Source: Octopus vulgaris (lineage: Eukaryota). From it: a DNA stretch of 64,000 nt. The position numbers and the translations under genes were made by a program. Under the pieces are notes generated by a model that saw only the letters and a program-made list of their open reading frames with translations, searched no databases and had not been told where the DNA came from. Positions within the stretch are counted from its first letter, which is position 1. Every line of letters starts with the position of its first letter. The stretch spans positions 44,764,001-44,828,000 of the forward strand of contig OX597831.1 in NCBI GenBank assembly GCA_951406725.2. The letters run 5' to 3'. Positions 11,950 to 25,064 of the stretch are shown one piece after another.

Positions 11950-12810
11950 GAGAGAGAGAGAGCAAAAACCAATCATGAACTGGAATTGGTTTAACTGATT
12001 GACACAAGCATCTCCAGAGTTTCCTCACAATAAGAGACTACAACTAAGAAGCCAGGGTTTCATGAACCAAAAACCCCACTTATAGAAAACCAGAACAGGG
12101 CATGAAGCAGAAAACCTGGGACATATTAACGTACAGGAAACTACATAAAATAGGATGCAAAAACAAATGTGGGACAACTAAAGTCACACCAACAGCTGAG
12201 GAGCACTGGGTTGAAAGCAAAGACAGAGGGCCTGATAATTGCTGCACAAGACCAGATTCTATCACCATTAACATAGCATCATCAGAGATGGAACAGATAC
12301 ATGAAGCATCAATCATATTGTCTCTAGATGCTTGGAACCGGCAAAGAACAAATACATTCACAGGCATAACAAATTTTCAGAAGTGTAGCTAGACTAGAAA
12401 ACATGTAGGAGTTACACAATCAAGATGACTGAGAAGTGATATAATCATCAGCCAAGCCTGGTCATTGATAAGAATGTTACCATCCTCCGGACATGCCCAT
12501 CCTCATTGACAGAGATAGAAGTCAACAAGCCTGACATTATTATCAAAGGCAAGAAGGATAAGAGATGTTTCCTTATTGATGTAGTAATATCATCTTTTAG
12601 ATGATATTACTTTATCACACCCTCGCAAGAGATTCATAGTAAAGCTGACCAAGTATAAAACCCAAAAGATTGAAGTCAACAGGATGTGAAATATGAAGAC
12701 TAAAATAACACCAGTGGCTGTCAGAGATGCAGTGTCCCAATAATGAGAGTATATGAGTCTTAGGGAAACTGCAGCCTGTAGGACTTTCTGAATGGTATGT
12801 CTTAAGAGAA
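11950..12810 (+). mobile_element. Decayed R4/Dong-like LINE with restriction-like endonuclease remnant
   Basis: NKPDIIIKGKKDKRCFLIDVVI...KYK..KIEVNRM (PD..D RLE signature). Confidence 0.7.
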
Positions 12811-13172
12811 AATTACTTTGAATTTGATGATGAGCTGTGTCTCATGTGGGCCACTCCTTGAGAAAAAAAAAAAAAAGGATCAAGTATGACTAAAACCATC
12901 AGAAATGCATAATGTGAGTTTTGTGATTTTCATGTGGAAGAAATAGATCATATCACTTGTCGATGTCCAGTGTTTGCTATGAAAACTAACAATCAAACTG
13001 GTGTAGAAGAAGGTACAGAAATAACATATATATATATATATATATATATTCTGAAGATGTTCCAGAGTAATGACAAGCCATGATTGGCAGCCCATTCTCT
13101 TACATAGGCTCATAATCACTGATAGAAATATTATTAACAGGTCCAATGTTGTACTTAAAGACAAAGCAAATA

Positions 13173-14296
13173 TTGGGTCATCCCATAAATAATGCAGTAA
13201 ATTATACTTTTATCTGGTAGATTTGCAAGGCTCCTCTTCCAAAATTCACTCCAGTACTGTTCTGACCTCATCTATAGAATTCATATTCTTTCCGTCCAAA
13301 TGATTTTGAGGACTGTGAAATAAATCATAATTTATGGGGCACTGTTTCCCATTCAAACTGCTCCAGCCTTTGGAATGTCAGTCATCCTGACTGTATATGG
13401 CCAAGCATTATCCTAAAGAAAGGACATTTTTTGTCTTGAAACCAAAACATTGTCATTTTTCTTCTAGCATTGACTTAAGCCACACAAGCTGCTTGCAGTA
13501 GACCTCCTTTGTTATCATTTGGTTTGGGTTTACAAGTTCAAAGTGGACTAAATCTTTCATATCTCACCAAACAAATAACAACACCTTACATGGGTGAAGA
13601 CTTTTTTTTAGCCTGGGGTGCCGGTGTTTCTCCTTTCCCTACCCACTGTCTTCAGTGCTTCACATTTTTATAGAGCACCCATTTCTTGTCACCAGTCACT
13701 ATTTGGTCCATGAGATGTGACAGCAAAGAAGAGCACACATTCACTCTCTGCCTGCAATTAGATTCAGAAAGTTTGTGAGGAACCTGTTGACCCAATTTGC
13801 TGACTTTTCCGATGGCACACAGGTGTTGATGAATGGTTGAATGACCAAACCCAAGCTCTTCTGCTAGTTCCTCAACAGTTACAATGGGATTATGTTCCAT
13901 CAGGGTTAGTAGGACGTCCTTGTTGAACTCTACAGATCTTCCAGGACGGGGCTCTTTTAGGCTGTAGTTTCTGGAACCACCGTTGACACTGGCATATGTT
14001 TATTGTCCGATCCCCATATACTGCATTAATATTCCTTGCCCTTTCGGTTGTGTTGTTGTCTTTATAGAACTCATAAAGCAAAATATGTCGAATAATCTCC
14101 TTTGTCACTTCCATTATAGCTTTAAAAGATAACTGTTAAAATCAAGCTGCACTCTTCAAAACTTGCACTAAGAATAAGCACAAGGTAAAATTACTGCCTG
14201 CTTTTATAGCAAGTTGATGCAGGTAGTTTATCTTGTCCCTCTCCAACTTTTAGTTCATGCAATTGAAAAAACCGCATTATTTATGGGGTGACCCAC
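13173..14296 (-). mobile_element. Decayed mariner transposon (different family)
   Basis: TIRs gggtcatcccataaataatgc / gcattatttatggggtgaccc; frameshifted transposase MEVTKEIIRHILLYEF..., HSTIHQHL, IVTGDKKWVLY. Confidence 0.9.
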
Positions 14297-15079
14297 TTAA
14301 TAGATATCACTGTCATCTAACTAGAATTTTGCACACACATAAGGCAAGAAACTGCAAAAAATAAACAACTACAAAGACTTGCAACTGAAGATGTCAAAAA
14401 TGTGGAGAATGAAAACAAATTATTCTAGTTTTAATTGAGTCAACTTGAAAATTTTTTCAGAGTTTTCTGAACAAATGATGAAGTAAAATTCATAGTAGAA
14501 ATGTAGTGAATTCTGGTGTTTACCAAGGTTCAGTTCCACCCCAGCAGAAGTTTTAAGGCTGCTCCTCCTGGTGAAGAAAATTGGCCTGCAAGAGTCCTGT
14601 AGTGGTGTCATGTATAAAAGTGCTCATGCAGTGCCATGTAAATGCACCCAGCACACTCTGTAAAGTGGTTGGTGTTAGGGAAGGCATCAAGCCAGAGAAA
14701 CCATGTTGAATCAGACTGGAGCATGGTGCAGCTCTCCAGCTTGCCAGTTCTGGCCAAACCATTCAACCCATGTCAGCATGGAAAATGGATATTAAATGAT
14801 GATTATGATGATGGCTACGTTTTTATAAAGGTATACTTCTCAAGCACAAGGTGTGAGCTTGTGACAAGAAAGGCATCTAGCCATAGAAAATGTACCTCAA
14901 TAAAATCCATTCCACCATGCAAGCATGGATAAGATGATATTCAAATGATGATGATAATGATAATGACTCTTTCTTCTTTACATCAATGACCTACAGTCAC
15001 CTCCAACACACATCTATTTCTTTTATGTAAAAATCACAAAACTTACATGATGCATTTCTACTGTCTTTTTTTTTAAATC

Positions 15080-15370
15080 CCTTTATCGCATGCAGATGAT
15101 ACTGCTCTTCATTCCTTTCAAATATACCACACTCAAGTGCCATCCAATTGCAACAGAGTCACTTCATATTAAATGTGCATTGATTCCATGAACAGAGACC
15201 TCTAAAACATCCCACAATGGAGTTGTGCTAATCTTGTCTCTTTCAACAGCACAAAGACAATCAAGAAAAACATCTCCTTCCATCAAACATCAAGCAACTA
15301 GATCCCTCAAGATTACTACAAATTGCTTAGCCTCATCATCACAAAAGAACTCTCTTAGCAAAAGCACATT
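15080..15370 (+). mobile_element. CR1-like RT fragment
   Basis: HADDTALH...QWSCANLVSFNSTKT. Confidence 0.55.
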
Positions 15371-16454
15371 TGTGTGAATAAATGTCCAACTTTGAGTTTG
15401 GTTTAAACGTTGTTATGCATCAAGAGTCAATTATGAAACCCTTATCATTGTTATGAAAAATAGCTATTTGTTTTCAGAGATGGATTTCCTTCTCAATGCT
15501 AATAATTTAACAGTTCTGACTAAAGTTTGAGAAAGGCCATCTAAAGAATCTTTGCTTGGAAGGATAATCCTAAACCAAAGGTCCTTCAAATTAATAAGTC
15601 TAATGAAAAAACATATCTTGTGTTGTAGAAATGGTATTGAGGTGAGAAGGAGGCCAGCAAATGACCATTTGATATCAGCCACATGGGTATTGATAACAAT
15701 TCTATTTACTATCTTCTGAAATTGCTCCAAACATTTGATGCATATGGTGTGATGGGTAGCTAAACCCAGATTCAGTTTAGATGCACAAACTGCACAGAAA
15801 ATATTCATTATGAAGTACCTCCCTAACTGAAGGGGAAAGTTGTGGGCCATGTAACCCTTGAAACTACCAGAACTGCATCAAAGAGGTTATGTTTGCTTTT
15901 TTAAGTAAGCCTTTAGATTTCAAATTTTGAAGATTAACACATGAAAACATGGCTGTTTTCAAGACTTGAAAAATTTGGACAAATTTCAGCGTTACATAAT
16001 TGTTTATAGAGACCTATAAACAATCAGTTTATAAGTCTCTGCATTTGAAGTAGGATATAAGATTGATTATGCCCAAAATAAACTGAATGACATTATGTTT
16101 AGCTCAGAGCTTACAAAGTTTGACTTTATAAATGACATAGGAACAAGACAAAAAGTATTATATAAATGAACAGTTGGTTTATCTAACAACCGTAAAAAAA
16201 CAAAACGATAAAAGCTGCAAAAGAAATAGATATTCAGTTAAAGATAAAGATGGAGTTAATAATATGTCTGAACGAAGATGATGATGATGGTAGTGATGGT
16301 AATAATGATTTGTATTATGTTAAATCTAATCTTCAATCAAATTTTCCAATCGCAATCAGAAGTTTCTGGAACATAGAATAGTTCTTTTAATGAAAACAAA
16401 ATTGAGGCTATGAAGCGAAATACCTTAGGTCTTGAACAATAATATTTTATCTCT

Positions 16455-16780
16455 CGTTTCAGTTTTTAGACTGTGGCCATACTAGGGTATCACCTTGAAG
16501 GGTTTCAGTTGAATCAACTCCAGCACTTACTTTTTAAAGCCTAGTTCTTAATCTATCTGTGTCTTTTACCGAACTTCTAAGTTGTTAACTGGTGATGGGA
16601 GACAAACATACACACACCCACATGATGGGCTTCATTCAGTTTCTGCATACCAAATCCACTCACACGGTTATGGTTGACCTGGGGCCAAAGTAGAAGAAAC
16701 CTATTTGAGTTGTCTCGCAGTAGGACTGAACCTGGAACCACGTAGCCGGGAAGCAATCTCCTTACTACACAGTCATACCT
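16455..16780 (-). mobile_element. SINE family A (diverged)
   Basis: Reverse-complement copy. Confidence 0.7.
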
Positions 16781-17134
16781 GTGATAGATCTTGAATGTGT
16801 TGAAGTTGCTTTTCTAAACAGAACATTTAGTTTTATAAGCCTCAGTTCATTAAATTGCACAAAAACTGAGAAAGCCAGTGAAATTTCTAGGAAGATGGTC
16901 AGCAAAGTTTATTCCTCATTGATAAATACTTTTTATCACAGAAGGTCAAGTGATTGAATCTATCTATAGCATTAAGGTGTGGATAGCATAAACAAATATC
17001 CTTTTCCACATATTTGAAGATTGGAGATAACACACGGCTTACTTGTGAGCATGTATTAACATAACTCCTATTTTGTGTAAATAAATCCAAGTCCTTGATC
17101 ACACACACACACACATGTGTATTATTGTAGGAGA

Positions 17135-17532
17135 AGGCTTCCTACCTTCATGGTTCTTGGGTTCAGTCCCACTGCAAGGCACCTTGGGCAAGTATCTTCT
17201 ACTATAGCTCCAGGCCAACCAAAGCTTTGTGAGCAGATTTGGCAGAAGGAAACTGAAAGAAGCCAGTCCTATGTGTATGTGTGTGTGTGTGCTTGCATGT
17301 GTCTGTATCCTTGTCCTGACATCACATGATGGTTGTAAATAAATATCACCAACATTGTTCATTTCCAGCCTTTCATGGAAAACATGACTGGTCATAGAAT
17401 ATATCACTTTGCCAGGAATCAGATGAGGGTTGGTGACAGGAAGGGCATCTGACTGTAGAAAAATCTTCCCCCACAGATTCCAGCTGGTCATGCAGGCTTG
17501 GAAAAGTAGACGTTAAATGATGAAGATGATGA
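17135..17532 (+). mobile_element. SINE with family-A head and RTE-type (GAT)n tail
   Basis: Head as family A, (TG)n linker, tail ends ggaaaagtagacgttaaatgatgaagatgatg; similar copy at 43345-43800. Confidence 0.75.
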
Positions 17533-18369
17533 TATATCCAACAGACATTGGATGAAGTACTAGATACATTATATCTAAAAGAAAAGGCAGCATAGCTATG
17601 GATGGAGCATTTATGATTACAGATCTGCTTAATCAGAAAGCTGATCTGAAGCTATACAAAAACAAAATCTGATATGCAGCACATTTTCAAAATAATATTT
17701 GGGCTTAAAATTGAGTCAAGGATAGCTCCTTGATAATTTACTAAGCGTTCATCATCATTATTTTAACATTCACTTTTCCATGCTTGCATGGGTTGAATAA
17801 GGTTTACTGAACCAAAATTTCTAAAGCTGGATGCCCTTCCTGTTGCCAACCCTCACTGCTTTCAAGCAAAGTGTTATTTTTCCATGGTGAAACATGTTCT
17901 TGGAGAATACTGGTAATTACACTTCTCATATGACAGCGACAATCATGTGATGCCAAGGCAAAGAGACATGCACACACACACACACATAATCTAATATATA
18001 AAATAGAGATGTATGTGTAATCGCTTTCATGTGAAAATGGCTTCACCAATAGCTTCCATACTTGTGATGCATGAATAATTTAACCTCGGACACATGTTAG
18101 GCTCTTCATTTGATGTTTTTTATTAAAAAAAAAAATTGCTTTATATTTATGATTCACTTCTTTAAAAACGTTTCTCAATGTCAACTTTTGGTATTGATGT
18201 AAAAACAGCAAAGTATCTCATTCTCTGTTTTAATGATCAATGTTTGTTAACATCTACGATAAATTACTGAAAGAAACATTTACTAAGTTCACAAATTTAA
18301 ATATTCGGTACAAGGTAGTTTTTAAAGTGCTTTATTTATACGATTTTTTCATTCCATGTATGTATGTAC

Positions 18370-18408
<39 letters not shown>

Positions 18409-19181
18409 GCACCGTCATCATTTAATGTCTGTCTTTCATAATGGCATGGGTTGGACAGTTTGACAGGAGCTGGCCAAACAGAAGAGTGCACCAGACTTCT
18501 GTATCTGTTTTGGCATGGTTTTTATGGCTGGATGCCCTTCCTAACATGAACTACCCTACAGAATGGACTGAGCATGTTTTATGTGGCATCAGCACAGGCA
18601 AGGTCAATTTTGGAAAGGTTTTTACAGCTGGATGCTCTTCCAAATGCCAACCACTTTACAGTGGTTGGCCTGGGGCTATAATAGAAAGTAACTACCCAAC
18701 ATGCCACAGAGTGGGACACAACCCAGAACCATTCGGTTGTGAAGCAAACTTCTTACCACATAGCCACACCTGTGCTTTCGTTACACATCAGACACACATA
18801 CAGTCAATGCGAATTGGATTGCCCCCCCCCTCCACCCCCCCAAAAATTTATAGGTCACTGCTGCTTAACACCAGGTCAACCGTGATTGAAGTAAACCTAT
18901 GATCAAGGGCACTTGAACCATGACTGTCGTATCTCTTTAGGAACATTATAGGGTTACGTTATATAAAGTGTCCTTCCAGGTTTAAGATGGTAGAGTGATT
19001 TAAGGGAGATCTGGCTGGTATTTCTAGCATAGCAAAAACCCATGGAGAGGATCTGTTGGTGAAATATAGGTAAATAATTCTGATGACCCATAAGTTGGTG
19101 ATACCAATTCATAGTTATGGGGTGAATGAACTCCGCATCAGGTATTTTGCGGTGCTTCTGTTCAAGACAACATATTGTATA

Positions 19182-19565
19182 CTAGCAGTATCGCCCGGCG
19201 TTGCTTGGGTTTGTAAGGGAAATAACTATATAAGCATTTTTAGAGATGTAAAGTATAATAGCCACCTCAATATGGCTAACCACAAAGGGGGGGGTGTTAC
19301 TGTAGCTTTTTACGTTCTGAGATTTAATAAATTTTTAGAGAGTTACTTCCCTTATATATGCCAAAAATGTATTAAAAATGGGGAAAATTGATGGTAAATT
19401 TTTTTTTTTAATCGTAGACGCGCGCTAATACCCAGAAGGGCTCGATATGAATCACGACTATAAGATACCCGGTTTTGGTTAAACTGCACCGCAAAATGTG
19501 GGAGTAGTTAGGAATCTAAATCGTAGGAGACAGACAGCACACAACCTCACTTTTATATATAAAGA
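19182..19565 (-). mobile_element. Non-autonomous Helitron (~384 bp)
   Basis: Minus strand starts TC, ends with a GC-rich hairpin (cccaagcaacgccggg) then CTAG; inserted between A and T with no TSD. Confidence 0.85.
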
Positions 19566-20423
19566 TGTCACAATCCATCTTAGTTGCTTGGTGTTCGTAC
19601 AAGAACTTCAGGGAAATTATTCTATAGGAGGATTAACTTCTTGACCAGTGGGACAATTAATGACCCCATCTACTTACATCAATGTAACCCTCCAATTAAG
19701 TAACGGTCATATTTATGGATCTCCGATGTTGCCAAAAAAAAAAAAGGGAGACATATGATAATGTAGTCTTATGTTAGAACAAAAGACCGGGTGGTCACTA
19801 TTGCAATGCCTTTGATCAAAGGTCAACTTGGATGCTAAAGAACAGCCGATACATTCAGATCTCATCGAATAGGTTTCAATCAGCAGCTGTTCCGGCCAAG
19901 CCTAATTTAAGCAGCGATCTCGAAAAGGAGATTAAACTAGCTGAAATAGGAAGAAGGCAATTTATTATTTACATGTTATCAACCACCAGCAAAAAATAAT
20001 TATAAAATGACTATGACAAAGTCCTCGACTGGGTGAATATATTAACTCGTTAATATTTTCTGTAGTTACCCGTTCTAAAAATTGCTTTTATATATTTTTA
20101 CACGTTAAGAACACCAAGAATTTCAGCAACAACGAAACAGGTTTCAAGATTAGGGTTTTGTCAAACGGTAATGGGGGGCACTGCAGTGGATAACCTGATA
20201 GAGATTGAACGTGAATCTTACAGATAGCTGGATATTTATGTATCGAGTGACTTGAAGAAGTTATTTTGGTCGTGGTTTTCCATTATGAGAAATGGCTTTA
20301 TTCATCACATATAATGAATACTGTGTTATATATCAAACGTTACGTAATATAATTAGTAAACAAATTAAGGTGCGCGCGCGCGTGCGTTTTGAAGCTAGAA
20401 CTAAATTTATATATTGCTCTCAT

Positions 20424-20467
<44 letters not shown>

Positions 20468-21106
20468 TCTGATTATAAAGACACATATATAGGTAGATAC
20501 ATACAAATATATAGAGATCTGTATATAAACATACATATATACACATACTTGTCTTCTATAAAGCCAGGGACCTGCATATATAGCATGTTTTGTCATTTTA
20601 AATTCGTGCTTATATGCATATGTCTTTTAATGTATTAAGAACGAAGATCTTTACAAATGATATGGTACATATTAGAATCATAACGCAGACAAACAAAAGA
20701 ATATCAAATAAATATAAAAGCTGCTAGGCAGAAACAGTTCAACAACCAGCGACATTAAGGTTAATAATATATTTATATCTAGAAAGAAGTTATCCAGTGT
20801 ATGAGGGTTCGTTTTTAACCTGGCACTCTTCCCTGCTTAATTTTTTTGTTTCCGATTTTCTTTTCTTTTTTATTTTATTCTAGTTCACATTTCAATACAG
20901 ACACACAATTATTATGTGATATGTTATAATACTGGGGGTTAATAAAAAAACTCTTAAAACATAGCACCAATTATTAATGAATCAGTGGAGTTGATATTTT
21001 AAACAGCTTAAACCCGACACTGATCTATTTCAACTGATGAGAAAGACATCAGGAAAGAGAAAGCTTTAGATATATAATTAAAATGCTAATGAAGTGAAAT
21101 ACTTAC

Positions 21107-21190
21107 TGTATTATGTTAGTCAAGACTATGCCATCTAAACCAGTCTTCTACATGTTATGTTATACAGAGGTTGGAAACACTCCTTCCTAA
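21107..21190 (-). other. TOPORS: Putative first (5' UTR) exon of TOPORS
   Basis: Minus-strand donor ACA|GTAAGT at 21106-21101, just downstream of a CCAAT box (21201-21206). Would splice across a ~16.4 kb intron to the acceptor at 4670. 5' end is approximate. Confidence 0.5.
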
Positions 21191-21460
21191 ACTAGCAGCT
21201 GATTGGGTAATCTCTTTTTATTGACCAATAGAAATCGCTTTTCTACGAATGTTTTGGTTTGTAAGGGACCGTTCATAAATTACATGTGTAGTAAAGAAAT
21301 ATATTTTATGAAGTACTCGGTTTTGTATTAATTCTTGCTTTTCAAAATATCGGGCTAGGACTACTGTTTGTAAATCACTTGATGTCTTCGCTACTGAAAG
21401 TGTTTAGATCCGATGCAATCGAATGTTGAGCTCATGTTTAGCACAATCGGTCCCGTCAAT
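21190..21460. promoter_or_regulatory. Putative bidirectional promoter between TOPORS and ERCC6L2
   Basis: Two oppositely oriented CCAAT boxes (gattgg 21201-21206; ccaat 21225-21229). Repeat-poor and CpG-enriched relative to the window, with divergent splice donors on both sides. Confidence 0.5.
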
Positions 21461-21490
21461 GGCGACTGCGGAGTCACGTTATAAAGAAGT
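21400..21490 (+). other. ERCC6L2: Putative first exon of ERCC6L2 (contains ATG GCG ACT GCG GAG..., MATAESRYKE)
   Basis: CpG-rich, ATG at 21459, donor GT|GTAAGG after 21490 (or weaker GAA|GTGTAA after 21488). Frame link to the exon at 34960 is unresolved. Confidence 0.4.
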
Positions 21491-23345
21491 GTAAGGACTG
21501 ATTCAAGCGAGACATGCAGCCATCTGACTGGTTTATCTTCGAATCGTTGTCACTATAATAAAAGTAAAGTGTTGCACTTGTGCCAATCTCGCGTTAGTAA
21601 AACATTTCCAGTCGGAACAATCTAGAAGTGAGTGAGTGTAAATGCCGATGTGTGTGTACGATTGCTGATTTCGGCAGAAGGCTCCACACCTCGCTTAGAC
21701 ACATCTTTCTTTGTTTACCAATCTCTTTATTTAGAATTGATGTAATCGAATCGTTTACTCCTATCTCTGTGATATTGTCCCCAGATGCTATTCCTACCAT
21801 TCGTCTATCATTATATTTTCTTTGTTCAACAGTTGACCCCCGGATAGATCAGCTGTTTTAATTGGTACATAACAGCCAGAAATATATTAACATATTTTCT
21901 CGGCTAATGACCGATTATTATCATCATCACGATTATTATTATTGTTATTATTATTATTATTATTAAAGAAACCATTATTATTATTATTTCGATCGATAGA
22001 GCATCGAGTTGACCATTTACTTTCTTTACTCAACATTTTTATTTAAGATTCTGTTAACGTCAACTTTGCATGCCCGATCCTTCTGGGTCGAGAAAATATG
22101 CTCGGATTCGATTCAGTTAGTGTATGCACTTCGCCTTACACACCGTGATTATTATAATTATTACTATTATTATTATTACAAAAGAGGAAGAGATAAGCTC
22201 CCGGAGAAACGACTCCTCGACCCGGTTTTTCCATCATTCACTTGTAACTTTTCATTTCACAAATGCCTCTAATTTATTTGCAAAAGGTATGTTGATGACT
22301 CGATCATATTTCCTTCTGAATATTTGTAGTCCTGGTCCTTTGCCCGAGTAAAAAACGATTATTAGATATACGAAATTATTGTCATTAATTTAAAATGACT
22401 TCTTTTATTCCGGGGTTAAAAAAATGATCATAAAATAAATAATTGTGGCCTTCAGATTTTAAAGTAACTGAAGTTTTATCAGGTTTATCAAGAAATATTT
22501 CAACGTCCAACGAAAAGTATCTAAGTATTTGATTTCTATATAATATTTTACTAATGTATTATGTATTTTCTTTTTTGATTTATTTATTGGTTTAATTATA
22601 TACGTACATAAACAAAGATGGGGCGGGCAATACTAGGCAATCACTAACCAAAAGAAAATAATAATAATCATAACAGTTACCCTCACACTAATATGAAATT
22701 TGTGGTCTTTTGCACCGTTGTATGAAATAGTTATAATTGTACCTATTTATAAATGTGTGTAAAGTAATTTCACGGTGAAAATAAGACGGTAGTGTTAAAT
22801 TCGAAGAAGAATGACTTCAATAAAAGCTAATAAGTTATAATATAATAAAAAGCTTACCTTTTAGAGAGAAAATACGAAACGCCAAAGTTTGACACTTCGT
22901 GAAACACTGCAGTGTCAACCGCGTGTTTATAACGATAGTTCTGGAAGAAAAGTCAAGACATTCATCTATAGATGCTGGTAAAAAGCCGGGTTCGGGGAGT
23001 AAAATTACAATGAAATTCTATGTCCGGGTGAAGAATGAAAGAAAGGGTGTATGAGAGGTATTTAATGAGACAGGAAACGATTGTAAAATGCTTTTTCTCA
23101 GAGACGCGAAATTAGTGTTACCTAGTCAACAACGACAATGTTACTAAATGATTTGTGTCAGGGCTAGCGCAGAATTAATGACGACACATCTTATGTACAC
23201 ATGTATATTGCATGTATGTATGTATGTGTATATGTGTGTGTGAATATATATATATATAATATATTTTAGATTCAGTTGAATTGGGTACTTAAATTGAGGC
23301 ACCTTGTTAGGACGAACTAATGACACTCATACATCTTTGTTATTC

Positions 23346-23382
<37 letters not shown>

Positions 23383-23784
23383 GGGGGAGGATTCTATTCA
23401 ACTAAAAGTCGTTGTGGAAATTTTCTTATGAGATTTTCAACGTCAGCATATTTCTAAAAGTTTCCTGGAGAGACTGACTATTTATTAATCTTAATTTATT
23501 ATTTCCGGGTTCGGTAAACTATAATACAATGTCCGCCCCTATAGTTTTGATTATTCAATGGTGTTCAGAAAACCACGCACATACACACACACACACAAAA
23601 TAATAAAATAATAATGATAACGCATCCTATTTTGTTAATTACGTGTTCTGCTACTGAAAAAAAAAAAATCTATTTACATGTAATTTATGTAACAATGTGT
23701 GGCAACAATCGATACTGCTACACTTAAAATTCAATATTCCTATGTACGATGAAAACAATTTTATTGGTCGAAGTAGAGAAGGTA

Positions 23785-24060
23785 AATATCATCATCAGCA
23801 GCAGCAGCATCGTCGTGTTCGTCATCATATTTGCCGTCGGTATCATCATCATGATCAACATCGTCATGTTAATCATCCTTATCATCATCGTTATCATGAT
23901 CATTATTACCGCCATCACTATCATCATCATCATCATCGTCACCATCTCCTAATTTTCATCATCGTCATCACAGTCGACTTCGTCGTCGCCATCATCATTA
24001 TCATTGTTGCCATCATCATCATCATCATTAACATCATCATCATCATTGTCGTTATCACCG
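23785..24060. repeat. Degenerate (CAT/CGT)n trinucleotide tract
   Basis: Direct reading; source of the poly-His/Ile/Met ORFs. Confidence 0.9.
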
Positions 24061-24512
24061 CCTATTTATTATTTCCACGTGATAATTGAGCTGTTGACTA
24101 TAGAAAGGACGGCAAATAGAGGAAAGAAAACCTTAAATATATAATATATTAACCATGAATGCTTTAGATTATAGGTCCAACAATAATAATGTTTATGAAA
24201 TGTCTTTGAAAGGAAGCAAAACGATGTCAAGTATGTTTGGTTTTCATTGTTTACCAGCTTCAAGCTGAAGACGTTTCCGCTAGGTTGTTTTCAATATTTA
24301 GAAATCAAACTCATGGCTGTGTGGTTAAGAAGCTTGCTTTGCAACCAAGTGGTTTTTGGTTCAGCACCATTGCACAGCATCCTTGGGCCAATCACTACCT
24401 TGTGATGAACGAATTTAGTGGACAGAAACTGTGTGGAAGCCTATTGTGTGTGTGTGTGTATAGCGCTAATTCCACAAGTTTTTTTTTATTCTTTCTGTTA
24501 ATTTTCTCTTAT

Positions 24513-24552
24513 TCCTTTCTGATGAAGAGCATAGGCTCGAAACATAAAAAGA
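24513..24552 (+). ncRNA. Minimal hammerhead motif (slightly decayed)
   Basis: CCTTT-CTGATGA-A-GAGC ATAG GCTC-GAAAC-ATA-AAAAG. Confidence 0.5.
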
Positions 24553-25064
24553 CTTTCTCACTTTCCCAAGCATCAAACTAATGCACCTTGTTGTTGTTCA
24601 TACTCCTGTCTTTGTCTTTTGTTTTTCTGTAAAATTCAACAATATATATATATCTTTTTTACTCTTTTACTTGTTTCAGTCATTTGACTGCGGCCATGCT
24701 GGAGCACCGCCTTTAATCGAGCAACTCGACCCTGGGACTTATTCTTTTTGTAAGCCCAGTACTTATTCTATCGGTCTCTTTTGCCAAACCGCTAAGTATA
24801 TATATACATACATATATACATACATACATACATACATATATATATATATATGATCTTTTTTCCTCTAGGCACAAGGCCCGAAATTTTGGGGAAGGGGGCC
24901 AGTTGATTAGATCAACCCCAGTATGCAACTGGTACTTAATTTATTGACCCCATGAAAGGATGAAAGGCAAATCGACCTCGGCAGAATTTGAACTCAGAAT
25001 GTAAAGACAGACGGAACACCGCTAAGCATTTTGCCTGGCATGCTAACCTTTCTGCCAGCTCGCC

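Noticed and set aside
20369-20386. (GC)n tract as a regulatory Z-DNA element
   Set aside because: Short simple repeat in a microsatellite-rich genome with no supporting context.
23697-24089. His-rich/hydrophobic membrane protein ORF
   Set aside because: Translation of a degenerate (CAT)n tract that is open in several frames.
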